Source: Octopus vulgaris (lineage: Eukaryota). From it: 64,000 nucleotides of DNA. The stretch spans positions 45,446,001-45,510,000 of the forward strand of contig OX597822.1 of the NCBI GenBank assembly GCA_951406725.2. Direction: 5' to 3'. The notes under the pieces are model-generated. The model made no database searches. It was not told where the DNA came from and was given only the letters and a program-made list of their open reading frames with translations. A program made the position numbers and the translations under genes. Below, piece after piece: positions 1 to 12,657 of the stretch (its first letter is position 1; each line of letters begins with the position of its first letter).

Positions 1-325
1 TCCAACACCATAAATACTACCCCACAGCCATCACACCCACCATCACCAACATCACCATCAATACAAAAATGATATTAGCAACCGCCGGGTTACAGAACCA
101 CACCAGATCTCATGCACACACACACGCGCGCGTACAAATTACATACACATGCAAAAGCACATACGTATAAACATACATACACACACATATACACACACAT
201 ATAAAAATCATACACGCACACACACATACAAAAGAACACACCTATTAACACACCTGTACACACACATACAAAAAACACACACACATTCAAAAATACACAC
301 ATATAAACATACATATTCACACATA

Positions 326-732
326 CTCTCTTTTCTCATTTTACTTGTTTCAGTCATTTGACTGCGGCCATGCTGGAGCACCACCTTTAATCGAGCAACT
401 CGACCCCGGGACTTATTCTTTGTAAGCCCAGTACTTATTCTATCGGTCTCTTTTTACCGAACCGCTAAGTGACGGGGACATAAACACACCAGCATCGGTT
501 GTCAAGCAATGCTAGGGGGACAAACACAGACACACAAACACACACAAACATACATATATATATACATATATACGACGGGCTTCTTTCAGTTTCCGCCTAC
601 CAAATCCACTCACAAGGCTTTGTTCGGCCCGAGGCTATAGTAGAAGACATTTGCCCAAGGTGCCACGCACTGGGACTGAACCCGGAACCATGTGGTTGGT
701 AAACAAGCTACTTACCACATAGCCACTCCTGC
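326..732 (-). mobile_element. SINE family A (tRNA-derived head, CORE-like motif, central CA/TA microsatellite), full length
   Basis: Minus strand begins GCAGGAGTGGCTATGTGG (A box) ... GGTTCAGTCC (B box), then CCTTGGGCAAAT (CORE-like); the same body recurs about 20 times in the window. Confidence 0.9.
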
Positions 733-1372
733 ATACAAAAGCACGCATACAAAAGCACACACGTACAAAAAATATACACACATACATACAAAAGCACACA
801 CACATATAAACATACTTATAAACACATACACACAGATAAACACATACAAAAACATACACAAATACAAAAGCACGCACGTATAAACATATATATATATACA
901 CATACACACACATACAAAAGATATATTCACACGCATACAAAACCACACCCGTATAAACATACACATACACACATACACACACATACAAAAGCACACATGT
1001 ATAAACATACATATACATACATACACACGGGCGCACATACAAATACACTCAGATAAACATACGCACACATACACACACGCATATTAACAATCGGATTTAC
1101 GAAAGACACACACATATAAACATACATACATAAGCACACACACACACACACAATCACACAGACACACAAATACAAACATACATAAACAGAGATAAACATG
1201 CACACACATACGTACACACATATATACACACATGCCTACTAACAATCACACACTGAGGCACACATACAAACACACGCACATAAACATACACACAGATATG
1301 CACACGCCGGCATACATATGCATATTAATACACACACAAAGGCATGCATACATAAACATACACACATACACT
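733..1372. repeat. Degenerate (CA)n/(CATA)n microsatellite field
   Basis: Visible low-complexity CA/TA repeats. Confidence 0.9.
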
Positions 1373-1378
1373 ACGGTA

Positions 1379-1734
1379 CTCCGTCGGTTACGACGACGAG
1401 GGTTCCAGTTGATCCGATCAACGGAACAGCCTGTTCGTGAAATTAACGTGCAAGTGGCTGAGCACTCCACAGACACGTCTACCCTTAACGTACTGCTCAG
1501 GGAGATTCAGCGATGACACAGTGTGTGACAAGGCTGGCCCTTTGAAATACAGGGACAAAAGAAACAGGAAGAAAGAGTGAGAGAAACTTGTGGTGAATCA
1601 CCCGCTGCCGGAGCCTCGTGGAGCTTTAGGTGTTTTCGCTCAATAAACACTCAAAACGCCTGGTCTGGGAATCGAAATTTTGTGATCCTATGACCGCGAG
1701 CCCGCTGCCCTAATCACTGGCCCATTGTGCCTTC
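1379..1734 (-). mobile_element. SINE family B (tRNA-derived head)
   Basis: Minus head GAAGGCACAATGGGCCAGTGATTAGGGCAGCGG...TTCGATTCCCAGACC; conserved tail TTAAGGGTA..CGTGTCTGTGGAGTGCTCAGCC. Confidence 0.85.
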
Positions 1735-1742
1735 ATAAGGAG

Positions 1743-2108
1743 CATTCCGTCGGTTACGATGACGAGGGTCCCTGTTGATCCGATCAACGGAACAGCCTGC
1801 TCGTGAAATTAACGTGCAAATAGCTGAGCACCCCACAGACACGTGTACCCTTAACGTAGTTCACGGGGAGATTCAGCGTAACACAGAGTGTGACAAGGTT
1901 GGTCCCTTTGAAATACAGGTACAACAGAAACAAGAAGAAAGAGTGAGTGGTGAAAGACTACAGCAGGGTTCACCACCACCCCCTGCTTGAGCCTCGTGGA
2001 GCTTTGGGTGTTTTCGCTCAATAAACACTCAACGCCCGGTCTGGGAATCGAAATTGTGATCCTATGACCGCGAGTTCGCTGCCCTAACCACTGGGCCATT
2101 GCGCTACC
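1743..2108 (-). mobile_element. SINE family B, second tandem copy
   Basis: Aligns along its length with 1379-1734 and 6779-7157. Confidence 0.85.
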
Positions 2109-2310
2109 ACTCACACACACATACACATAATATACACTCACACATACACACACAGCAACACCGCCACCGCCGCCTCCTCCACCAATCGCTGGACTATTAT
2201 AGCCACACGTAATCACCGGCAAAATTTACACCGTTAGAAAACAAGGAAAAAAAACGAAGAAAACTAAAGAATATAAAGTCTTCTCCCTACAAACACACAC
2301 ACACACACAA

Positions 2311-2356
<46 letters not shown>

Positions 2357-2627
2357 CGAAACAAATCCTTCTTCCCCTCCACTTTCTGCCAGTATGCTCA
2401 GTGAGAGAAACTATTTCTTTCGATAATTACGAATTGTCTGGATGACTGACGATGAAGCTAGGCAAATGGGAAGCGTCAGGAATAGGGATGTGTGCGGGGC
2501 CCCTTATCTTCGTTGCGTCATCTAATAAATATTTAACACCTCTTTTCTCCCATTTCATGGCCTGCCCTTGGTGCTGCCGTTGTTACTGTTGTTGTTGTCC
2601 TGGATTTGATGGGTGATTAACTAGCAG

Positions 2628-2786
2628 ATGTCAATAGTGGTGGTGGTGGTGGTGTTAATGATGATGGGGTGGACGGTGGTAGTGGTGTTAGTAGTGATGA
2701 TAATAATGATAATGATGATGATTATGATGATGATAATGGTAGTGGTGGTGGTGGTGGTGGTGGTGGTGATGACAATGATGATAATA

Positions 2787-2833
<47 letters not shown>

Positions 2834-2933
2834 GGTGGTGTTAATGATGATGAGGAGGACGGTGGTAGTGGTGTTAGTGGTGATGATAATGATGATAATG
2901 ATGATAATGATGATGATGATGATGATGATGATA

Positions 2934-2969
<36 letters not shown>

Positions 2970-3266
2970 GTAGTGGTAGTGGTGGTGGTGATAGTTATGG
3001 TGGCAACAGTGGTTAGTGATGATGATGATGATGATGATGATGGTAGTGGTAAGGGTGGGGTGGGGTGGTAGGGGTGGTGATGTGAATGATGAGAAGGACG
3101 GTGGTGGTGGTGATGGTGGTGGTAATGATAATGATGATGATGGTGCTGCTGCTGCCGATATTAATGATGATGAGGAGGACGGTGGTGGTGGTGGTGGTGG
3201 TGGTGTCAGTGGTCGTAGTAATTATGATGAAGCTGATGGTGATGATGATGACGATGAAGGTGGTGA

Positions 3267-3300
<34 letters not shown>

Positions 3301-3474
3301 GGTGGTGGTGGCTGTCGTCTTCGTCGTTGTGGTGATGATGAGGATAATGACGATGGTGATGGTAGTGGTAGCGGCGGTGGCGATGGTGACGTTGACATTT
3401 CATTCATTTGTCGTTTTCTGTTTGCTTTGGTGTCTTCTGCTTTCCTTCTTGTTCTCTGAATTGATGGCTAGACG

Positions 3475-3505
<31 letters not shown>

Positions 3506-3530
3506 GGAGGAGGAGGAGGAGGAGGAGGTG
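2628..3530. repeat. Compound (GAT)n/(GGT)n/(GAG)n trinucleotide microsatellite
   Basis: Direct inspection. Confidence 0.9.
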
Positions 3531-3669
3531 GATGACCTTACTGATGTTGGTGGTGTTATTCTATGTCCTACCACGCCGCCGTCTCCCTCTTCGTACACAT
3601 TACATACACGCGGGCATACATACAAGCATACACACACACATACACATATATAAAGACACTCATATGTAT

Positions 3670-4580
3670 TTCTTCCTCCTCCTTTTCGGCCTCTCGCTCA
3701 TTTTCTTACTCCTCCCCCCCCCTGTCTCTTTTCCTCCTCATCCTCATCTGCCTCCGTCTCTTTTCCCCATCATCCTGTCTCTTTTCCTCCTCATCCTTCT
3801 CCTCCTCTGTCTCTCTTCCTCCTCTTCATCTGTCTCTTTTCCTCCTCCTCCTCCTCTCCCTCCGTCTCTTTTCCTCCTCATCCTCATCTTCCTCCGTCTC
3901 TTTTCCCCCATCATCCTCTGTCTCTTTTCCTTCTCATCCACATCCTCCTACGCCTCTTTTCCTCCTCATCCTTCTCCTCCTCTGTCTCTCTTCCTCCGTC
4001 TCTTTTCCCCATCATCCTCTGTCTCTTTTCCTCCTCATCCTCATCCTCCTACGCCTCTTTTCCTCCTCATCCTTCTCCTCCTCTGTCTCTCTTCCTCCCC
4101 TTCATCTGTCTCTTTTCCTCCTCCTCTCCCTCCGTCTCTTTTCCTCCTCATCCCCATCTTCCTCCGTCTCTTTTCCCCCATCATCCTCTGTCTCTTTTCC
4201 TTCTCATCCACATCCTCCTACGCCTCTTTTCCTCCTCATCCTTCTCCTCCTCTGTCTCTCTTCCTCCGTCTCTTTTCCCCATCATCCTCTGTCTCTTTTC
4301 CTCCTCATCCTCATCCTCCTACGCCTCTTTTCCTCCTCATCCTTCTCCTCCTCTGTCTCTCTCCCTCCCCTTCATCTGTCTCTTTTCCTCCTCCTCCTCC
4401 TCCTCCCCCTCCGTCTCTTTTCCTCCTCATCCCCATCTTCCTCCGTCTCTTTTCCCCATCATCCTCTGTCTCTTTTCCTCCTACGCCTCTTTTCCTCCTC
4501 ATCCTTCTCCTCCTCTGTCTCTCTTCCTCTTCTTCATCTGTCTCTTTTCCTCCTCCTCCTCTGTCTCTTTTCTTCCTTCT
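3670..4580. repeat. Pyrimidine-rich minisatellite with ~270 bp higher-order period
   Basis: Built from GTCTCTTTTCCTCCTCATCC-like modules; TTTTCCCCCATCATCCTCTG recurs at 3901 and 4171. Confidence 0.85.
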
Positions 4581-4915
4581 TCGCCTCCACTACAGTTTTA
4601 TACTTGCTTGTTCTCATCGTTGTTTCTTTGTTATTTTCCTTTTGTTTTTGGTGATTTTGTAATTCATTGCGTTTTCTTTTATATTTCGTTTTTTTTTCTA
4701 ATCTTTTATTTATTTCTGTGGTTGTCTTGCTTTTGTTGATACATTTATATACATACATACATACACGCGTACACACATGCAGACATACACACATACACAC
4801 ACACACATATATATATGCGTGTATGTATGAATGTATATGAAGTGTATGTATGTATGTATATAAGAATGAATTATATATATATATATATGTATGTATGTAT
4901 GTATGTGTGTGTGTG

Positions 4916-4972
<57 letters not shown>

Positions 4973-5039
4973 GTTTGTGAAATGCGTGGGGAGCGTGTAG
5001 ATATATGTATATGTGTGTGTGTGAGTGTGTGTGTGTGTG

Positions 5040-5133
<94 letters not shown>

Positions 5134-5649
5134 GTGTTGTTTATATATATATTGTTCTTTGCCTTCATTTGACTAAGTGGGTTTTCTGTTAATGATTCTA
5201 GCGCGGCGCAAACGACCGTGAAACACAGAAGCAGATTTAATCGCTTCGGAAAACACAACAGAACGTTTTGTTTTTGTGTCTTGTTTTTGTTTGTTTTTTT
5301 AAATCAAAAATAAAACAAATGAAATCTCAAAAACCAAAAACAAAGAAATAATACACGACAAAAGGACAAACGGAAATGAAAATAAGAAGAATTAAATAGA
5401 ATCCTACCCTGCCCATCCCCAACACCACCCCAAAAATTTGTAAGAAGAAGAAAGAAATTCGTGAGAAGTATAAATAAATATATATGTAAATATTTAAATG
5501 AATAGATAAAGGGTAACGTGGTCCGCGCCCCACCTCGCAGCACGTACGTGCCACTACGATTTTCTTTAATTAAACTCTGCCATCTATCTGCTTAGACCTA
5601 CGATATATAGCAACTACGCCAACATCAACAACAACAACAACAACAAGTC

Positions 5650-5819
5650 TGGAGGCGCAATGGCCCAGTGATTAGGGCAGCGGACTCGCGGTCGTAAGAA
5701 CGCGGTTTCGATTCCCAGACCGGTCATTGTGAGTGTTTATTGTCGACCTCGGTAGAGAGCTCGAAGAAATATCACTAAGCATTTCGCCTGGCGTGCAAAA
5801 GATTCTTCCGGCTCGCTGC

Positions 5820-5857
<38 letters not shown>

Positions 5858-6002
5858 TAATAATAATCCTTTCTACTCTAGATACGAGGCCTGAAATTTT
5901 GGTGGCGGGCGTTAGTCTACTACATCGACCCCAGTACGCAACTAGTACTTAGTTTATCAACACCGAAAGGCTGAAAGGCAAAGTCCACTGCGGCGGAATT
6001 TT
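5650..6002. mobile_element. SINE B head (+) fused to MetaSINE-type family C fragments (-) separated by (TAA)n
   Basis: GGAGGCGCAATGGCCCAGTG head at 5651; family C pieces at ~5742-5820 and ~5868-6002. Confidence 0.75.
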
Positions 6003-6009
6003 ACATCTG

Positions 6010-6500
6010 CTCGATTGAATCATATTTCTTTGTCTTTTGACTTTCCTAACATTATCCATTTCCGTGTCTTCCCAGCTTAATAAATTCCATCAAATGATTT
6101 ATACTGAATTTCATTTGCAGTAATGAGCTCAGATGTTTAAACATTACATTTATGTTCAATGATTTGAAATTGTGACAATGTAAGCTCATATATTAATACT
6201 AACCATCAAAAGAATGAGCGGCTTACAGACCGCTTTTCATATATGCCTTTAACTCATCAATAACCATTAATCTATCCTCAGCGTGCTTCGTAATCGCAAC
6301 ACCACCGTTCCAGAATATCCTTGCCCAAAATTCTTAATAGGTTTCCTCCATAACTTTTGGCATAATCTCTCCTCATGTTGTATATTTTACTTCCTTCAGT
6401 ACATCTTTAAAAGATATCAAACTAGACGACATTTTGGTTTTAAACCCTTGACCTCGTCATCAGCACATCCCGCCATAAAAGCTCACCTGTGTGGTCTGCT
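6010..6500 (-). mobile_element. Possible highly decayed R4/Dong-like LINE fragment (pre-RT region)
   Basis: Minus frame gives IMPKVMEETY*EFWARIFW, resembling the 'P..EE...FW..IW' motif of this clade; many stops. Confidence 0.3.
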
Positions 6501-6593
6501 GATCTACAGGTGAAAGGCTCAAGTCATTCACGAAGGCTTTTTTGACTTTAAAATTCTTCGTTACCAGATATTTTTAAAGTTTATTACAGATGG

Positions 6594-6765
6594 GTGCAGG
6601 CGTAGCTGTATGGTAAGTAGCTTGCTTCCCAACCACATGGTTCCGGGTTCAGTCCTACTACGACGCACCTCGGGCAAGTGGTTTCTACTATAGCCTCGAG
6701 CTGACTAAAGCTTTGTGAGTGGATTTGGTAGACGGAAACTGAAAGCACGTCGTATATATATGTGT
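6594..6765 (+). mobile_element. SINE A 5' half
   Basis: A box, B box and CORE-like CCTCGGGCAAGT; ends in the central microsatellite. Confidence 0.85.
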
Positions 6766-6778
6766 GGGGGGGGGGTGA

Positions 6779-7157
6779 CTGGCATTCCGTTGGTTACGAC
6801 GACGAGTGTTCCAGTTGATCCGATTAACAGAACAGCCCGCTCGTGAAATTAACGTGCAAGTGGCTGAGCACTCCACAGAAGGTGTACCCCTAAGGTAGTT
6901 CTCGGGGTGATTCAGCGTGACAGAGAGCGTGACAAAGCTGGCCCTTTGAAATACAGGTACTACAGAAACAGTAAGAAAGAGTGAGAGAAAGTTGTGGTGA
7001 AAGAGTACAGCAGGGTTCACCACCACCCCCTGACGGAGCTTCGTGGAGCTTTAGGTGTTTTCGCTCAATAAACACTCACAATACTCGGTCTGGGAATCGA
7101 AACAGTGATCCTAAGACCGCGAGACCGCAGCCCTAACCACTGAGCCATTGCGCCTCC
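6779..7157 (-). mobile_element. SINE family B, full length
   Basis: Aligns with the copies at 1379 and 1743. Confidence 0.88.
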
Positions 7158-7451
7158 GAAATAATAAATAAATGCGCTCTTTTAAAGCCTAGCCCGGCTC
7201 ATGGGCCCGTTTTTCCGGTTTCAATGGCGTATGTATTCCCCAGCTTAAAGAGTAGAGCACTCCAACCGGATATTGGAGGGGTGTGAGTTCGATCCTCATG
7301 GCTAAGGATTTTATCCTTTATATATACTGTTCAGTATTTACGTGTTGAACAAAAATATCTTCCTACTTGTTCAATATATATATATATATATATATATTGA
7401 TATATAAATTCAATGAAATGAAAATCAAAAACGTTTACAAACTCGGCTCAT

Positions 7452-7525
7452 CATATACTGCAGTTTCGTCTTTTTTTTAGCAGAAAAATATAATTTATCT
7501 GCCAAGGCTAGACTCTTCAGTAAGC
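7452..7525 (-). ncRNA. Minimal type I hammerhead ribozyme motif (canonical core)
   Basis: CUGAAGA-GUC..GAC-GAAAC-UGCA-GUA; stem III palindrome ACUGCAGU; stem I short (2-3 bp). Confidence 0.65.
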
Positions 7526-7682
7526 AGCGAACAGAGAGGATGCCGGTATAAGGTCTACGAGTAAATATATATATATATATATATATATATTCCTGCTTCC
7601 ATATTTCCTGAGCGCCTATTAATAATAATACTGTAATTGTTCCACTGTTGTTGTTTTTTTGTTTTCCCGTTTGGATTAAAAT

Positions 7683-7733
<51 letters not shown>

Positions 7734-7737
<4 letters not shown>

Positions 7738-8100
7738 TCTGTTGTGTCTGGGGAGAGTCATTTTCTTTTTGTGCCTTATAATGCAACACACTCACCGGTA
7801 AAATTTCCACTTATTTCTTATTTTTATTTTCCTAAAATTTTCGTTGCGTGTTGCAACCTTTTCAATAGTCTTGACTCTGTCCGTTATGTACATTGTGTTC
7901 CCTTTTGTTTGTTTGTGCGCATGTGTGTGGATCAGTGTGTGTGTGTGTGTGTGTGTGTGTCAAGACTATTGAAAAGGTTGCAAGACGCAACGAAAATTTT
8001 AGGGAAATAAAAATAAGAAATAAGTGGAAATTTTACCGGTGAGTGTGTTACATTATAAGGCACAAAAAGTAAATGACTCTCCCCAGACACAACAGAATAT
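7734..8100. repeat. Inverted repeat with ~140 bp arms (7734-7875 / 7959-8100), Penelope pLTR-like, with a U3-A8 hammerhead-like motif in each arm
   Basis: Arms are near-identical reverse complements; CUA-UUGAAAA-G-GUUGC..GCAAC-GAAAAUUU-UAG. Confidence 0.8.
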
Positions 8101-8164
8101 GCTTCAACACACGAACTCATATAAAGAATCTTGCAAACCAAATCCAAAAATGAAATGGATATAT

Positions 8165-8412
8165 ATATGTGTGTGTGTGTATATGTGTGTGTGTGTGCGC
8201 GTGTGTGTGTGTGCGTGTGTGTGTGTGTGTGTTTGTGTGTCTGTTTTTGACAACCGATGTTGGTATGTTAACGTCTCTGTAACTTAGCAATTCGGCAAAA
8301 GAAACCGATAGAATAAGTACTAGATTAAGCCCGTGGGTCGATTAGTTCGACTAAAGGCGGTGCTCCAACATAGTCGCAGTCAAATGACTGAAAGAAGTAA
8401 TAGAATAAAAGA
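8165..8412 (+). mobile_element. SINE A 3' half
   Basis: TTGACAACCGATGTTGGT...CAGTCAAATGACTGAAA tail. Confidence 0.85.
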
Positions 8413-8571
8413 ATACACATGCCTGTTACTTACGTGTAAGAAAGTCTTTTCTATCGTTAGTGACGTAGTCACTGACTTTGTTGAGTTGTGCGCCATCTTT
8501 GGAACGAATTGCCAGGTAACTTCAATGTAAGAATCATTTTTGATATAGCTACTTTACTGACAGTGTTAAAC

Positions 8572-8826
8572 CAGTGATCCTCAGCAATTTTTAGCCTATA
8601 GACCCCTTAATTCCTATTTTACTCGTGTGGGCTCTCATAGCCATCCGATGTTTAAAAAACGCTATTATATTTTTATAACTAAATATTATTAAGAATTGTG
8701 TTTAAAAAAACTGCTAAAATATTTTGTGTATTGTAGAAATAAAGCCAACATATTGTCCATAAATTTTAACAACAAAATCTTAGAGGGACCCCCAAAGGTC
8801 ATGTGAACCCCGTTTGAGAAACTCTG
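8572..8826. mobile_element. hAT (Charlie-like) MITE with perfect 8-bp TSD
   Basis: Ends CAGTGATCCTCAG / TTGAGAAACTCTG; TGTTAAAC at both 8564-8571 and 8827-8834. Confidence 0.85.
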
Positions 8827-9354
8827 TGTTAAACAGTACAATAAGTGCATCCCAAACTAATATTATTGAAAGGAGAATTTCCATTAGTAAGATACCATTT
8901 TAATGCCTTCAGGCCATAAGTATACATATCCGCTAATGTTGCTATATATATACTGTCGGATATAAATGGCTATGCATTTGATAAAGTGTTTCCAGGTTAC
9001 TTGTTGATAATGTGAGATTTAGATTATTTGAATTTTGTACTCTTTTACGAGGTTACCTTGTTATAGTTATTGTTGTTGACGTTGATGTTGTTTATCCTCC
9101 AAGTCATTCCTGATTCGAACAAACTTATCGCTAAAGAGCCTTCTAGCCGTGACCATCCTATTTTCTTCTTACAACAGTGACAATGTTGCATCGCCTTCCA
9201 TATCCGCCATTATCCAACCCAGTAAAGGTTCTACAATGAACTATTTATCTGAATGACTAAATTAACCATCATCGCCACCACTACCACCACCACCACCACC
9301 ACTAGCATAGCTATCACTCCCTCCTTTTATCTATTTATCTTTCTCTCTTTTTCA

Positions 9355-9432
<78 letters not shown>

Positions 9433-9827
9433 TTGAATGTTATTTTTTAAAATACCACTTATCCAGTATGCTGTTGAATGTGTCTTCATCATATTTTTAC
9501 GTTACCTGCTTAGAATTTTACCTGAAGACGGTAAATTCATGATATAATCTATGAATCTATTAATAAAGTCCTACAGAAACAGTTGTAAAATTGAAACCCT
9601 ATCTATGTTCTTTTGTGTACCTACGCCTCACTTAGAATCAGCCCAGAGTCAGATCTACAGTATAAACCGGATTCGGTACTTACATACCTACAGAATCCCA
9701 TCAATACATGATTCCTTCATGGTTGTTTTACTTCACTGCAAACCCTTTATTATTCTACCTACCCATCTCTGGCTCCCTACGTTTTGATGCGCCTAGAGTC
9801 TAATAAATCCTATAACTATTCTAATTA

Positions 9828-9912
<85 letters not shown>

Positions 9913-9914
<2 letters not shown>

Positions 9915-10230
9915 GGTGGTTGTGTCCTCCTTATGTAGAGTTTGACCACCTCTTGTACCTTAGCACTATCATGGCATCTGATGTGGCTTTTTAAACCAGA
10001 CAATATTCTGAAAAGACACCCACATAGATTGTGCCTCTGATTTGGACCACCAAGACCTACAGATAAGTTCTGCTCTTTGTGGATCCTAAAATGTCTTTTG
10101 AAGCCTCCGTTGGATTTGCAAACCTTCCGGCATACACTGCATTCAAAGCTGTTCACAGATAAAAATATAGGCAGAATAGTTGGCAGAGGTTCGTTTTCCA
10201 TGCGTTCTTCATGAAACTTTGCATACATGT
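9913..10230 (-). mobile_element. 3' end of an RTE-like LINE encoding two C2H2-type zinc fingers
   Basis: FECSVCRKVCKSNGGFKRHFRIH and a degenerate second finger LCGCLFRILSGLKSHIRCH; no TGEKP linker; runs into a (TA)n tail like the RTE end at 31650. Confidence 0.6.
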
Positions 10231-10461
10231 TAAACTAACATCCAGTTCAATTATAGGGTAATTGGATTTCAATAAAAATCTATAATAAATTTATCTGCAT
10301 GAAATGGTGAACAAGAGTATTCTGTCTAATGAGAGTCCGATTTTAATGAATGCATTTCACTCCACATGTATTACACGCGCTGCTAATAGTTTCATGTACA
10401 TGATAAGTACGTTTATCAGGCGCTGATATTTTTATGAAACCAACAAGTTTTAAAATATATA

Positions 10462-10655
10462 CAGGAATGGCTGCGAGGTAAGTAGCTTGCTTACCGGCCA
10501 CATTGTTCTGGGTTCAGTTCTACTGCGTGGCACCTAGAGCAAGTGTCTCCTACTATAGCCTCAGGCCGACCAAAGCATTGTGAGTGGATTTGGCAGACAG
10601 AAACTGAAAGAAGCCTGTCGTATATATATACATGTATATATATACACGTATATAT

Positions 10656-10744
<89 letters not shown>

Positions 10745-10821
10745 ATATATATATATATACATACATATATATATACATGTATATATATATATATACATAT
10801 ATATATACATATATATACATG

Positions 10822-10879
<58 letters not shown>

Positions 10880-11159
10880 TAGGGAGATGTACTCGCATAG
10901 CAAGTAATTTGATCTGAGATCGTGTGTTGGTATACATATATATATATATATGTATATGTTTGTGTGTCTGTGTTTGTCGCCCCAACATCGCTTGACAACT
11001 GATGCTAGTGTGTTTAAGTCCCCGTAACTTAGCGGTTCGGCAAAAGAGACCGACAGAATAAGAACTAGGTTTACAAAGAATAAGTCCTCGGGTCTATTTC
11101 CTTGACTAATGGTGGTGTTGCAGCATGGCCACAGTCACATGACTGAAACAAGTAAAAGA

Positions 11160-11163
<4 letters not shown>
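10462..11163 (+). mobile_element. SINE A with expanded central microsatellite and a 50-bp foreign insert
   Basis: Head and tail intact; insert 10881-10930 matches 19048-19095. Confidence 0.88.
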
Positions 11164-11244
<81 letters not shown>

Positions 11245-11680
11245 CATGCATATCTATGTATTTAAATACATATGGGTGTATGTATATAATACACTAACAC
11301 ACACATGTGTCTGTGTGTATAAATATATACGCGCCGCATTCATGTGTATGTGTGGGTGTTTGTGTGTGTGTGTGTGTTTGTGTGTTGTCCGCATTCTTTT
11401 GGATACTTCACTTCCCCTTAAATCATGTTTCTCTCCCTCTCTCTTCCTTCTTTCTATCACTCTCTCTTTCCTTCTTTTGTCATTTGTGTATGTGTGTGTG
11501 GTTCCTAACATTCATCTTCAGCTTCTACACCATTACAAACAACTTCTGCTGCTGCTGCTACTACTATTGTTACCTCCGATGTTGTTGCTGCCGCCGACAC
11601 CACCACCTCTACTACTACTACTACTTGTTTCTTCATTCTTCATTTATTGTTGTTCCCCTGCCCTCGTCATTCCTGTTCCT

Positions 11681-11965
11681 GAACTACACAACCAATTTCA
11701 TTCAAATTTTACACATGCCTTACTTTAGAGTCCAGGGAGTGTCATAGGCAAAAAAAATTTTAACTTCTTGCCTAGGTCGAGCCCACAGCAATATCATATC
11801 TTCTCCACTATGAATCCCTAAAACTTCAGAACTACACAACCAATTTCATTCAAATTTTACACATGTTTTATTTAGGATGCATGTAGTGTCATGGGCAAAA
11901 AACTTCTAACTTCTAACTTCTTGCCTAGGGTGAGCCCACAACAATATCATATCTTCTCCACTATT
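11681..11965 (+). repeat. Two diverged ~149-bp direct repeats, probably the interior of a Helitron-like element
   Basis: GAACTACACAACCAATTTCATTCAAATTTTACACATG at 11681 and ~11830; ACTAGT near 12140. Confidence 0.6.
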
Positions 11966-12459
11966 TCAGTATTACGTGTTAAAAGTGAAACAAAAACATC
12001 TCTCTATTGTAATGTCAGATACTTTCACTTTAATACTAAAACTATTAAAGTCAAACCATTATATAAGAGGGATGAACCATTAACAGTGGACATCCATTTT
12101 GCTAGAAGAAGATCCGCTATGGTCTTATATGCTACACCACTAGTTTTCAGTTCATATTAATCAAATTAATATTCATTTTCTCACCTTTATTATTTTAAAT
12201 TTAAATTTAAACCCAGGACCATGTGTTTTGGAATGAAGTTTGTTACCACACAGCCGCACCTGCACCTATGTATGTATGTGTGTATGTGTATGTGTGTGTG
12301 TATAGCTGTATATGTATACATTTATTTCTATACATATAGATATATATGTATACATGTATATGTGTAGATATATATAGATGTACATGTAATATATACACAT
12401 ATATATTCACATATATACATATATACATATATAGACCCTTACACACATACACATACACA

Positions 12460-12622
12460 CAGGTGCCGGTGTGGCTGTGTGGTAACAAACTTCGTTCCAA
12501 AACACGTGGTCCTCAGTTTAGCCCCACTGTGTAGTGACTTGGCATGAGTCTTCTGCTATAGCCTCAGACCAACCAAAGCCTTGTCAGTGGATTTTGTAGA
12601 CAGAAACTGAAAGAAATCAATC

Positions 12623-12625
<3 letters not shown>
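12460..12625 (+). mobile_element. SINE A 5' half (diverged)
   Basis: GTGGCTGTGTGGTAAC head, then body up to the microsatellite. Confidence 0.75.

Positions 12626-12649
<24 letters not shown>

Positions 12650-12657
<8 letters not shown>

Noticed and set aside
3478-4662. 394-aa and 363-aa ORFs
   Set aside because: They come from a pyrimidine-rich minisatellite that is open in several frames; no domain or splice evidence.
7241-7305. tRNA gene (also 19748-19820 and all SINE heads)
   Set aside because: A/B-box-like motifs are present but there is no complete cloverleaf or acceptor stem; treated as tRNA-derived repeat heads.
9821-10228. Host C2H2 zinc-finger gene
   Set aside because: No TGEKP-type linker, the second finger is damaged, and it runs into a (TA)n tail; better explained as an RTE 3' end.
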